Below, piece after piece: positions 7,003 to 15,015 of a DNA stretch of 40,667 bases; the first letter of the stretch is position 1; each line of letters begins with the position of its first letter. Location: positions 1 to 40,667 of IMG/VR virus record IMGVR_UViG_3300045988_150405, one strand, 5' to 3'. The DNA comes from a virus. The notes under the pieces were generated by a model. That model was given only the letters and a program-made list of their open reading frames with translations. It ran no database searches and had not been told where the DNA came from. The translations under genes were made by a program, and so were the position numbers.

Positions 7003-8822
7003 TCCCCTTCTATTTGTTCAAATTCTTCAAGTAAATAATTTACCTCTAACTCTTCTCCATTACCATTTTTTTTATAAAACCTTCTTCTGTCTTTATCGAA
7101 TAATAAAGCAGTATCTAATCTAGTACCCATATATCTATCTTTGTCTATTGAAAATAAAGTATGTTTATCTATTTTATTACCTTCTTCATCTTCTTCTTTT
7201 ATTCTTTGAACTAGCATTACATAATCTGCTAAGTTAGTTATATTAGCTGATCCACTTATATCAGATTTATCAAGTCCAGTTTGACCGTTCTGTGCTTTTC
7301 TTGGATGTGCTACAAGATGAACTATTGCATTATATTTTTTAGCGAAGCTTTTTAATTTTTTCACTATTTCAGTTTGATTTCTTAATTCTTCTTTCTCATC
7401 ATTTTCAACTACCATTAAATTATCAATGCAAAATACTTTTACGCCGTATCTTTTAGCCATTATCTCCATTTTGCACATAATAGCATTTAAGCTATAATCT
7501 TCTTCTGTATATAAATAGAATTTATCTTCCAAATAATCATCTATTCTACTAATTGCCTTTGATGAAATCTTTTTATACTTATACCCTTTTTTATTCGTAA
7601 ACTCTAATAAATCACCTTCATTTGCAAGTGTATCTAAAAGCCAACCCTTAGCATTACTTTCCGTAAGTTCTCCACTAAATAAAAACACCTTATATCCTTG
7701 TCTTATGCTTTCTCCTATAAAGAATTGATTTAATATAGTTGACTTACCTTCCCCAGTTCTTCCAGTTATAACATTTAAGCTTCCTAAAGGCATACCTATA
7801 ATTTCATCATCTATTGCACCTATACCCAATTGAATTGTTTCGGCTTCATATATATTAAAAGTTGATATTTGTTTAGTGCTTTTAACTCCATCTATTAAAG
7901 GTGTAGAAGCTTTTTCAAATTGCTTTAATACTGCTAATTTACCATACTTGAATAATATTTCATTTATATCGTTGCATATATCTGAATAAACTATTTTTAC
8001 AGTTTTGTTAGGCAATCTGTTAAATACTTCTTTTACTCCTTCTTTTCCTGCTTCGTCATTATCATACCAAAGAATAATTTCTTCAAATTGCTCTAACCAA
8101 GTCCAGTTAGTTGTGATCCATTCGGTAGACTTACAACCAGTTGGAACTGATACTGCATTTTTAATCCCACTTTCAATAAGACTTAAACAGTCAAATTCAC
8201 CTTCGCATATTACCAATGGTTTAGTTATATCTGCTTTATCCATTAAGTATAAAGTATTTATATTAGTTTCAGCTTCAAACCAAGTCTTTAATTGTTTTTT
8301 ATTTTTATCTATCTTGTAGCTAGGTCTATATTTATTTGTTATATGTTCTCCTAGTTCATTTTTATAAACAAATACTATATTACCTTTATTGTCTTCTTTA
8401 ACATCTGCATATTTTATTGTATTTTCGCTTATACACCTTTTATTTATATATGAAATAGATTTAGAAATGTTATTCTGATGTACTGTAGGAGGTTTTATAG
8501 CCTTTCTTTCTGTATTAATGATTAATTTATCAGTAGATATATCAAAATCGCTTACAATTGATTTTACGGCTTCTATAAATGATTTATTATAATATTCTTG
8601 GTAATGATTAAATATATCGTAAGTATGACCACAACTAAAGCATCTAAATTTTTTAGCTTTCATATCAAAACTCATACTTGAAACTTTTTCATTATGATTA
8701 AAACACAAACACTTGTTACTCTTATCTAACTTTAATCCCAAATCAGAAGCTATTTTATTTTTAACTTCTTCTGCTCTTATTTGATTTTTTATATCATCAA
8801 TTATTTTTTTTATATTCATCAT
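6984..8822 (-). CDS. Bifunctional DNA primase-helicase (T7 gp4-like)
   Basis: Contains a CHC2 zinc finger (CLCFNHNEK...CFSCGHTYD), a TOPRIM domain (VICEGEFDCLSL...WYDNDEAGK), and a DnaB/RecA-type Walker A ITGRTGEGKST with Walker B VFCIDNL. Confidence 0.85.
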   Translation of the reverse strand: MMNIKKIIDDIKNQIRAEEVKNKIASDLGLKLDKSNKCLCFNHNEKVSSMSFDMKAKKFRCFSCGHTYDIFNHYQEYYNKSFIEAVKSIVSDFDISTDKLIINTERKAIKPPTVHQNNISKSISYINKRCISENTIKYADVKEDNKGNIVFVYKNELGEHITNKYRPSYKIDKNKKQLKTWFEAETNINTLYLMDKADITKPLVICEGEFDCLSLIESGIKNAVSVPTGCKSTEWITTNWTWLEQFEEIILWYDNDEAGKEGVKEVFNRLPNKTVKIVYSDICNDINEILFKYGKLAVLKQFEKASTPLIDGVKSTKQISTFNIYEAETIQLGIGAIDDEIIGMPLGSLNVITGRTGEGKSTILNQFFIGESIRQGYKVFLFSGELTESNAKGWLLDTLANEGDLLEFTNKKGYKYKKISSKAISRIDDYLEDKFYLYTEEDYSLNAIMCKMEIMAKRYGVKVFCIDNLMVVENDEKEELRNQTEIVKKLKSFAKKYNAIVHLVAHPRKAQNGQTGLDKSDISGSANITNLADYVMLVQRIKEEDEEGNKIDKHTLFSIDKDRYMGTRLDTALLFDKDRRRFYKKNGNGEELEVNYLLEEFEQIEGEWIWED

Positions 8823-9556
8823 ACCATTTTTCTCCCACTTGAATATTTTTGAGTATTATTACATATACTAGGATTAACTTTAATATTTTTGTTTTCAGCA
8901 CCTACTGCAATAGGTGTTTTTTTATTTGCTTCATTTAGATAATTTTCAAATTTAGTTCCAAATAAAGTTGCTGGTCTTAAATATTTTTCAAAATCTGTTC
9001 CTAACCATTCCCTACTTTTACTATCAATAACTTTCTTAAAATCTTCTACTACATATCCTTCTTTTACTCTAGCATTTATAAAACTTTGAGTATTTTTAGT
9101 AGTTGCCCTGTAATTAGTAGAAGCTTTTTTGTTTAAATAATCTATAACTAAACTATATATATTATTATTATTTTCTTTTTTCTTTGATAGTGTTGTTACA
9201 TTGTTGTTAGATTGTTGTTGCTTATCACCTTCAACCTGTTGCAATTGCTCGCTTTTATTTGTTACATTGTTGTTAAATAATTGTTGCTTAATTGTTATTT
9301 TTAAAGTGCTTTCTTTTCCCTTACTCCCACTTGTTAAAAATTCAATATATCCTTTTTTTTCAAGGTTTTTAAGTATAGTCCTAACTTTTTGAGTTGTTAA
9401 TCCTAATACTTTATCAGAACTTGCAACTAATTGACCTACTGTATATCCTGTTATATTAGTGTTAAAATTTGAATACCTATACAACAATATTAAAATTTCT
9501 CTTTCATATATATTCATGTCTTTTTGGTCTATTGGTATAAGCCCATATCTTTTCAT
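8819..9556 (-). CDS. Phage replisome organizer / DnaD-domain replication initiator
   Basis: N-terminal winged-helix (LTTQKVRTILKNLEKKGYIEF), a Q/N-rich linker, and a C-terminal DnaD/DnaB_2-like repeat (YLNKKASTNYRATTKNTQSFINARVKEGYVVEDFKKVID...YLRPATLFGTKFENYL). The ATGA overlap couples it to the primase-helicase. Confidence 0.75.
   Translation of the reverse strand: MKRYGLIPIDQKDMNIYEREILILLYRYSNFNTNITGYTVGQLVASSDKVLGLTTQKVRTILKNLEKKGYIEFLTSGSKGKESTLKITIKQQLFNNNVTNKSEQLQQVEGDKQQQSNNNVTTLSKKKENNNNIYSLVIDYLNKKASTNYRATTKNTQSFINARVKEGYVVEDFKKVIDSKSREWLGTDFEKYLRPATLFGTKFENYLNEANKKTPIAVGAENKNIKVNPSICNNTQKYSSGRKMV
9180..9290. repeat. Iteron cluster inside the organizer gene (candidate phage ori)
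   Basis: At least five units of about 11 bp, TnTAACAACAA on the minus strand (TTGTTGTTAnA on plus). Blocks 9180-9219 and 9253-9275 recur at 33971-34010 (39/40) and 34043-34065 (23/23). Confidence 0.6.
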
Positions 9557-9569
9557 ATTATCCCCCCAG

Positions 9570-9749
9570 TTAGCTTAATAGATCGTCATAAGTAACCTTA
9601 AACAATTCCTTTAATAATTTTATCTCCTCAATTGTAAAAGCCCTTTTCCCTAATTCTTTATTGCTATAACTATTTTGTTTTATATTTAAAATGTTAGCAA
9701 TTTCAGTTTGAGTATAACCATTTTTAAGCCTATATTCTTTTACTTTCAT
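9570..9749 (-). CDS. Xre/Cro-family HTH protein (59 aa)
   Basis: Not in the track (<60 aa). GGGGGAGGAA RBS. Translation: MKVKEYRLKNGYTQTEIANILNIKQNSYSNKELGKRAFTIEEIKLLKELFKVTYDDLLS, the classic Xre HTH pattern. Confidence 0.7.
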   Translation of the reverse strand: MKVKEYRLKNGYTQTEIANILNIKQNSYSNKELGKRAFTIEEIKLLKELFKVTYDDLLS

Positions 9750-9833
9750 ATTCCTCCCCCTTTTAAAGTTTATATAATATATAATATCTCTTTTTGTGAT
9801 ATTTGTTATATGTAATCGTTTTATTTCTTACGA

Positions 9834-9858
9834 CAAAAAAGACTACATTGCATAGTCT
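9834..9858 (-). terminator. Intrinsic terminator
   Basis: Minus strand AGACTA-TGCAATG-TAGTCT followed by TTTTTTGTCG, about 40 nt after the stop of 9897..10079. Confidence 0.55.
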
Positions 9859-9896
9859 TTATTGTTTTATTTTAATCTTTATTTTAATATAAATTA

Positions 9897-10079
9897 TTAT
9901 TTTACTATATATTCTTTTAAAGAATAAGAATTTACTTCAAATCCATAGATTTTCTCATCTCTTAATTCCAACTCTTTCTTAGCTTTTTCTGCATCACTTC
10001 TGTTGCTAAAAATATCTAATATATGATACCCATCACAATCATCGCAGTCATAAAATCTTAATACATACACAATATTCAT
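9897..10079 (-). CDS. Hypothetical protein (60 aa)
   Basis: ORF on the coding strand with a 4-nt overlap with the upstream nuclease gene. Confidence 0.55.
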   Translation of the reverse strand: MNIVYVLRFYDCDDCDGYHILDIFSNRSDAEKAKKELELRDEKIYGFEVNSYSLKEYIVK

Positions 10080-10708
10080 ATTTCTTTCTCCATATTCTTA
10101 AGATATTCTTTGCAGTAATAAAACAATAAATCGTGTATTATTCTTGCACTATCTTTTTTATTGCAATACCAAACATTAATATTGTATCTGTTGCATAAGC
10201 TTAAAAACATACTCATAAAACTCTTAGGATTTATTTTTGAAGCCTTGTCGTATCTAAAATGCTTACTACTTAATATTTTGCTTATAGCATCCTCTGTTTC
10301 TATTAGTAAGTGCATTTTTATACCTAATTCTTTCGCTCTTAAAAATTCTCTTTCTATCCTTGTAAGTCCGTTTTCGTCTTTGCTTTTTGAATCATATAAG
10401 TTCGATGCAAGTTCATTCAAATCTTTTTTTCTTTCTATAACTATTTTATCTTGAAAATTAACAACTTCGCCACTTGGTAGTTGTACTGCTATAGTATAAT
10501 CTCCAATTTTCAAGCCTTTTTCTTGAATATAATATTTAACTGGATCACTATATTTACTTTTAATCCCTCGGTACATATCATGGTGTGAGGGCTTAAGTTC
10601 AAATCCTTCATCAAATTTATTTAGTATATGATTTATAGATTTCTCACGGCTATCTACAACAACCTTATAAGCACATTTTTTTATATCAATTCCTTTTTTA
10701 TCCCCCAT
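10076..10708 (-). CDS. ERCC4/XPF-Mus81-type (PD-(D/E)XK) nuclease
   Basis: VVVDSREKS...KIGDYTIAV...VIERKKDLNELASNL matches the ERCC4 domain core (VD.RE...GDY...ERK...DL..S). Confidence 0.65.
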   Translation of the reverse strand: MGDKKGIDIKKCAYKVVVDSREKSINHILNKFDEGFELKPSHHDMYRGIKSKYSDPVKYYIQEKGLKIGDYTIAVQLPSGEVVNFQDKIVIERKKDLNELASNLYDSKSKDENGLTRIEREFLRAKELGIKMHLLIETEDAISKILSSKHFRYDKASKINPKSFMSMFLSLCNRYNINVWYCNKKDSARIIHDLLFYYCKEYLKNMEKEI

Positions 10709-10719
10709 ATTGAACCCCC

Positions 10720-10818
10720 CTAATTATGTCTATAAAATTTAATAGCTTCTAATACTAAATAAACTACAAATAAATCAAATCCTATTGTCATTAAAATTAA
10801 GTCATTAAATATATTCAT
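10720..10818 (-). CDS. Small membrane peptide (32 aa)
   Basis: Not in the track. GGGGGAAG RBS. Translation: MNIFNDLILMTIGFDLFVVYLVLEAIKFYRHN. Confidence 0.4.
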   Translation of the reverse strand: MNIFNDLILMTIGFDLFVVYLVLEAIKFYRHN

Positions 10819-10849
10819 ACTTCCCCCATATTACAGAAAATAAGGGCAA

Positions 10850-11476
10850 TTAAGCCCCTAAATTATTTTTTAATCCTTCTATTTCATCACATATAGCATT
10901 ATACTTGCTCATTGTTATATCCTTACTACTATCAAAACCATGCCCTGCTATAATATCTTTTACAACTGCAACATCTATTCCTTTAGCAATTACATTAAGC
11001 CTATTTCTTTGTGCTTCTGATATTAATCTATCAGCTGAATAACTTTTATTATTAAGTTTAGATTTTTTATCTTCTTCACTTGTAGATTTATTAGCATCAT
11101 CATCTTCGCCAGTATTTAAGTTAAGTATTGCTTGGTAACTATATCTTCTCATATAACTTATAATACTTCCTGCTTGTTGTGGATCATTTGCTTTAGCTGG
11201 TTTCATAAATATAGGCTCACTTTCTATAAATTCTCCACTTTCATGTATTAATAATGTTTGTATTCCAATACTCCCATCTTCTTTAGATAAAGGACTTTGC
11301 ATAACTACTAAACCATTTTCTTGTAATATAGGTCTTGTTGCTTCTATCAGCTTATCAAGTGTTACATAGTTGCTTTTGAAAAATGGATTTTTAGCATCCT
11401 TTGCTATTTTTGAAACTTCACTATTAAATTTTACTAAAGATATTGCTAATTTGCTTATACTTTCACTTCTATTCAT
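10850..11476 (-). CDS. ERF-family single-strand annealing recombinase
   Basis: SLVKFNSEVSKIAKDAKNPFFKSNYVTLDKLIEATRPILQENGL...QTLLIHESGE...MRRYSYQAILNL fits the ERF superfamily pattern. It is adjacent to the nuclease, as in phage recombination modules. Confidence 0.7.
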   Translation of the reverse strand: MNRSESISKLAISLVKFNSEVSKIAKDAKNPFFKSNYVTLDKLIEATRPILQENGLVVMQSPLSKEDGSIGIQTLLIHESGEFIESEPIFMKPAKANDPQQAGSIISYMRRYSYQAILNLNTGEDDDANKSTSEEDKKSKLNNKSYSADRLISEAQRNRLNVIAKGIDVAVVKDIIAGHGFDSSKDITMSKYNAICDEIEGLKNNLGA

Positions 11477-11497
11477 TTCAATACCACCTTTATATAT

Positions 11498-11716
11498 TTA
11501 TTTTCCCTTGTAATACTCTATATCTTTTAAAATATCTTCTATTTTAGCTTGTAAGCCTTCTAAAAAGTAATCTTTGTTTCTATATTCATTATAAACTTTC
11601 TTGTGCTTCTTATCAGCTTCTACACCTTCAAAATTAGTCCATATATTTTTACTTTGTTTTAAGTATTCTTCTTGAAGCTTTAACCTTTCACTTTTAATAA
11701 AATTTAATTCCTCCAT
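11498..11716 (-). CDS. Hypothetical protein (72 aa)
   Basis: ORF on the coding strand with a GGGAGGAC RBS. Confidence 0.55.
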   Translation of the reverse strand: MEELNFIKSERLKLQEEYLKQSKNIWTNFEGVEADKKHKKVYNEYRNKDYFLEGLQAKIEDILKDIEYYKGK

Positions 11717-11744
11717 GAAGTCCTCCCATTTAGTAAAAGTAAGG

Positions 11745-11891
11745 CTATATAAAATAGCCCATACTTTCTATTTTTCTTTCTATTTCTTCTTTTTCCTCTT
11801 TATTATCCCAATAAAATTCAAGTGCTTCATATAATTCTTTAACTTCTTTGCAATCTTCACAAGTGCAAGTTTCCCAATACCCTTCACACAT
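11745..11891 (-). CDS. Small Cys-rich protein (48 aa)
   Basis: Not in the track. AGAGGGGG RBS. Translation: MCEGYWETCTCEDCKEVKELYEALEFYWDNKEEKEEIERKIESMGYFI. Confidence 0.45.
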   Translation of the reverse strand: MCEGYWETCTCEDCKEVKELYEALEFYWDNKEEKEEIERKIESMGYFI

Positions 11892-12025
11892 ATTAAATAC
11901 CCCCTCTTAGATCTCTTTCATTCATTCTCTCATATTCCTCTTGCTCAAATTCCTCATAGTCTAGGGGAGTTTCCTCTACTCCCTCAAGACTTTCCATTTC
12001 CCTTATAAAAGCTTCGCTATCAAAC

Positions 12026-12274
12026 TTATACATAAGCTTCAACCTCTCTTTCAAGTGTTGCTATTCTACCTAAATCTGATTGTATTTCCCTTTCCAAATC
12101 TTTTATTTGTGTATCTATAACATATTTGTCATACTCCCAAGTACTTTCAAATTCTTCACCATTAAAGCTAGTAAATTGACCTCTTTGTCTATTTAAATCT
12201 CTTATCTTGCATTCACATTCTTGGATATTCCATTTTATAGCTTCTATCCTTTCTGTTTTAGTCATTCCCAACAC
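12026..12274 (-). CDS. Hypothetical coiled-coil protein (82 aa)
   Basis: First ORF downstream of operator/promoter copy 2. AAGAGGTG RBS. Confidence 0.6.
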   Translation of the reverse strand: MLGMTKTERIEAIKWNIQECECKIRDLNRQRGQFTSFNGEEFESTWEYDKYVIDTQIKDLEREIQSDLGRIATLEREVEAYV

Positions 12275-12322
12275 CTCTTATTTATTTTTTTTATTTTCTC
12301 TTTCCCTTGTTTCTATATTTAT

Positions 12323-12353
12323 ATTATATCACAAATGTATCTAAAAGATACAT
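12323..12353 (-). promoter_or_regulatory. Extended -10 promoter plus palindromic operator (copy 2)
   Basis: Minus strand ATGTATC-TTTTA-GATACAT (perfect 7-bp arms, 12335-12353), then a 6-nt gap, then TGTGATATAAT. Coordinates verified against plus ORF 12221..12649. Confidence 0.6.
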
Positions 12354-12408
12354 TTTATTTAAAAAAAATATTTGAGAAATTATCGACAAACTTCTCAAAA
12401 TCATCTTT

Positions 12409-12588
12409 TTATAAACTTTCATCTAAATCAATTCCTAAAGTTTCTTTTATTTTTTCTTTTTCTAATTTTGTAAATTTAACCTCACCTTTTATTTTTCTAT
12501 ATAAAGCTAATCTTTTTACACCTAAAATTTCCTCTGCAAAACTTTGCATTGTATATCCTTTTTTCTTTATAGCTTCTTTTATATCCAT
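12409..12588 (-). CDS. Cro-like small HTH protein (59 aa from ATG)
   Basis: The track start at 12600 is a GTG lying inside the GAGGTG RBS, so the ATG at 12588 is preferred. Translation: MDIKEAIKKKGYTMQSFAEEILGVKRLALYRKIKGEVKFTKLEKEKI. Paralogue of 12787..12957. Confidence 0.65.
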   Translation of the reverse strand: MDIKEAIKKKGYTMQSFAEEILGVKRLALYRKIKGEVKFTKLEKEKIKETLGIDLDESL

Positions 12589-12616
12589 CTCGCACCTCAC
12601 AATATTTATAATACAT

Positions 12617-12647
12617 ATTATACCACAAAGTTATCTAAAAGATACAT
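12617..12647 (-). promoter_or_regulatory. Extended -10 promoter plus operator (copy 1)
   Basis: Minus strand ATGTATC-TTTTA-GATAACT, then a 6-nt gap, then TGTGGTATAAT. Same architecture and spacing as copy 2. Confidence 0.55.
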
Positions 12648-12682
12648 AAAAAATAAAAAATATACCTCCAATTTAGGAAGTA
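12648..12682 (-). terminator. Intrinsic terminator
   Basis: Minus strand TACTTCC-TAAATT-GGAGGTA (one G.U) followed by TATTTTTTATTTTTT. Confidence 0.55.
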
Positions 12683-12786
12683 CATTTTCAAGTCAATAAA
12701 ATTTTACAAAATCTTAGAGTTTAAAGTGTTATACCCCATTTAAATTTTATTTAACACTACATATTGGTAATATAATTATAACACAT

Positions 12787-12957
12787 TTAAAGATATTTTT
12801 CTAATATAGAGTTAAGTTTTTCTAATTCCAATTTACTAAAATGGATCTCGCCCTTTAGTTTTCTTCTTAAGCTATTATAAGTTATGTCTAACTGTTCAGC
12901 TATCCATTTCTTTTTAAGTCCACTCTTTTTTATAGCTTCATTTATTTTCTCATTCAT
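12787..12957 (-). CDS. Cro-like small HTH protein (56 aa), paralogue of 12409..12588
   Basis: Not in the track. AGAGGTG RBS. Translation: MNEKINEAIKKSGLKKKWIAEQLDITYNSLRRKLKGEIHFSKLELEKLNSILEKYL. It shares EAIKK.G...A..L....L.RK.KGE..F.KLE.EK with its neighbour. Confidence 0.6.
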   Translation of the reverse strand: MNEKINEAIKKSGLKKKWIAEQLDITYNSLRRKLKGEIHFSKLELEKLNSILEKYL

Positions 12958-12967
12958 GTTTGCACCT

Positions 12968-13360
12968 CTAAGCTATCATCTGGAATATTGCATATATTAA
13001 AGCAATTATTAATATATAAGTTAAGCAACCCCAACTTGCAGAACTTTTTTCAACTTGATTTTTAAGTACTTGATAAGTTTTCCATTCCTTTTCTTCTAAC
13101 TGGATCGTTGGCTTATCTCTTGACTGACCTAATTTATTGTATTTAGGAGAATATTTTGTTATATAATAAGTTTCATAAATTAAAGCATCACTTTCGGTCT
13201 TATACTTCTGATATTCTATTTTATATACATTATGATAGCAATTATCTGATAAATGTCCTTTGCCTCCAAAATGTTGTTGCATACGCAAATTTATATTTAT
13301 CGTTTTGCCTATATATATTACATTATTATCTTTATCTAAGAATCTATAGACAAACGCCAT
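12968..13360 (-). CDS. GIY-YIG nuclease-domain protein with a C-terminal hydrophobic tail anchor
   Basis: FVYRFLDKDNNVIYIGKTININLRMQQH...ALIYETYYITKYSPKYN is a GIY-YIG core. The last 20 aa, CLTYILIIALIYAIFQMIA, are TM-like. The GGAGG RBS overlaps the TAG of the upstream ATPase gene (11-nt gap). Confidence 0.7.
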   Translation of the reverse strand: MAFVYRFLDKDNNVIYIGKTININLRMQQHFGGKGHLSDNCYHNVYKIEYQKYKTESDALIYETYYITKYSPKYNKLGQSRDKPTIQLEEKEWKTYQVLKNQVEKSSASWGCLTYILIIALIYAIFQMIA

Positions 13361-13371
13361 AAAACTGCCTC

Positions 13372-14307
13372 CTATTCTCTTAAATAAGGTTTTAATATTT
13401 CTTCCATTTCATCTTCATCTATATACATTATTTGCACTTCTCTTATTCCATTTTTATTTTTAACTTTACATCTACCAGTTACAGTTATATCTTGCAAATC
13501 TTGATTTTTCCCCATTAAAGTATTACTATCTGTTTCATCAAATGCCTTAAATCCTATCACTTGAGGACAATTCATTTTGCATTTACCTATCGTATCTTTT
13601 GTAGCATCTTGCCCTCCTAATATAAAATAAATTCCATATTTTCTGCACTTACTCATTATTCTATGAAGTTCGGTTTTGCATTTATTATCTACTGATAACT
13701 GAACTAATTCATCAACTATAACTATTATATAACTCATTTTTTTATCATATTTTTTATTATAATTAATTACATTCCTACAATTACATTCGTCTAATATTTT
13801 AGATCTTTCTTTCATCTTGTTATCTAAAAACTCAACTATATCTAAAAAACCCTTGTTGTCAGTTCTTACCTTTTTAAAATTTTTATATTTCCTAAAGTAA
13901 TATATATCACTTTCTGCACCGTCCCAACCTAAGAAGAATACTTCTCTTTCTGTATAAGTTTTCATTAAGCTTGTTATTATAACATTTAATAAATTAGATT
14001 TTCCTCCGCCAGTCATACCTCCTATTAATATATGACCATCTAATATATCTATTATTTCTTTTTCTTTATTCATATTATAGCCTATACAAACTTTTAAACC
14101 TTCTTTTTCTCCTTCTGTAAAGGTATATTTAATTTTATTTAAATCTATTTTTTCAGTTTCATATTCCTCAATTGGTAAATACTTATATTTAACTATATTT
14201 TCAATTTCTACAACTTCATCATCTGATTTGTTAGCTTCATAAACTATCTTGCAAGTATAAGCAAATATTCCACCTATTGCCCCTACTAATAAACCTTGAA
14301 TTAACAT
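13372..14307 (-). CDS. Membrane-anchored FtsK/SpoIIIE (HerA-clade) P-loop ATPase
   Basis: N-terminal TM MLIQGLLVGAIGGIFAYTC, Walker A IGGMTGGGKSN and Walker B YIIVIVDEL. The size and layout match the short FtsK-like ATPases of mobile elements. Confidence 0.7.
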   Translation of the reverse strand: MLIQGLLVGAIGGIFAYTCKIVYEANKSDDEVVEIENIVKYKYLPIEEYETEKIDLNKIKYTFTEGEKEGLKVCIGYNMNKEKEIIDILDGHILIGGMTGGGKSNLLNVIITSLMKTYTEREVFFLGWDGAESDIYYFRKYKNFKKVRTDNKGFLDIVEFLDNKMKERSKILDECNCRNVINYNKKYDKKMSYIIVIVDELVQLSVDNKCKTELHRIMSKCRKYGIYFILGGQDATKDTIGKCKMNCPQVIGFKAFDETDSNTLMGKNQDLQDITVTGRCKVKNKNGIREVQIMYIDEDEMEEILKPYLRE

Positions 14308-14401
14308 AGCTAACCCCCTTAAAATCTGCTACAATATAAGAAAAATATATTATAAAGAATTTATATAAAAATGATAAAAATATTAGCAGTAATAGTAGTA
14401 G

Positions 14402-14435
14402 GTGTGATTTCTCACACCTTTATTTTTTTTATTTA
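14402..14435 (+). terminator. Terminator-like hairpin with a U-tract on the plus strand only
   Basis: AGGTGTGA-TTTC-TCACACCT followed by TTATTTTTTTTATTT on plus. The minus-strand reading has no T-run. Confidence 0.4.
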
Positions 14436-14545
14436 TAAGTTTTAAAGAAATTACCACATCTAATACATCTGCATAAATAATAAGTTTCAGTTTCTGATAT
14501 TACTTCATACTCATAACATTCATAACAACCTTTATCCCAATTCAT
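14429..14545 (-). CDS. Zn-ribbon-like small protein (38 aa)
   Basis: Not in the track. AGGGGG RBS. Translation: MNWDKGCYECYEYEVISETETYYLCRCIRCGNFFKTYK (CxxC...CxCxxC). Confidence 0.45.
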   Translation of the reverse strand: MNWDKGCYECYEYEVISETETYYLCRCIRCGNFFKTYK

Positions 14546-14614
14546 ATTAACCCCCTATATTAAAGCTACTATAATAGCTATATACCCCAAATAAGTAACT
14601 GCAACAATCCCCAT

Positions 14615-14836
14615 TTACATACTTCCTTTCTTTTTGGCTACTTCAAAACCTCCACAAGCTTCTACAGTTTGAAAACCATAATCGCTAGTTAATATATCCT
14701 TTAATGTGTAAAAGTCATTTTGTGCTTCTTCATTAACCTCTAAGCATATATTTCTAAAATCTCTATAACTCATATTATCTTTGTGAGTTAATATAGCTAA
14801 TATTTCGTTTTTGCTTTCTAGAGTGTATATTTTCAT
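14615..14836 (-). CDS. Hypothetical protein (73 aa)
   Basis: GAGGGGGA RBS. First ORF downstream of operator/promoter copy 3. Confidence 0.6.
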   Translation of the reverse strand: MKIYTLESKNEILAILTHKDNMSYRDFRNICLEVNEEAQNDFYTLKDILTSDYGFQTVEACGGFEVAKKKGSM

Positions 14837-14877
14837 AATTAATCCCCCTCATATCTTATATAACGTTTTGTTACTTT

Positions 14878-14908
14878 ATTATATGTATAAGTTATGAAAA
14901 TGATACAT
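14878..14908 (-). promoter_or_regulatory. Promoter plus degenerate operator (copy 3)
   Basis: Minus strand ATGTATC-ATTTT-CATAACT, then a 6-nt gap, then TACATATAAT. Same spacing as copies 1 and 2. Confidence 0.45.
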
Positions 14909-14914
14909 AAGTTT

Positions 14915-14955
14915 ATTAAAAATAAAAAGCTATAGAAAATTAATCCTATAGCTTT
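14915..14955 (-). terminator. Intrinsic terminator (10-bp stem)
   Basis: AAAGCTATAG, a 10-nt loop and CTATAGCTTT. The minus strand is followed by TTATTTTTAAT. Confidence 0.6.
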
Positions 14956-14983
14956 AATAATAATCTCATCTATTTAAATTTGC

Positions 14984-15014
14984 AAAAAAACATTTAAAGG
15001 AAATGTTTTATTTT
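14984..15014. terminator. Weak AT-rich bidirectional terminator-like hairpin
   Basis: AAACATTT-AAAGG-AAATGTTT flanked by an A-run and a T-run. Confidence 0.3.
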
Positions 15015-15015
15015 A

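Noticed and set aside
13372-14307. FtsK-like ATPase as the packaging motor (tectivirus-style)
   Set aside because: A complete terS/terL/portal set is present, and the rest of the virion module is siphovirus-type.
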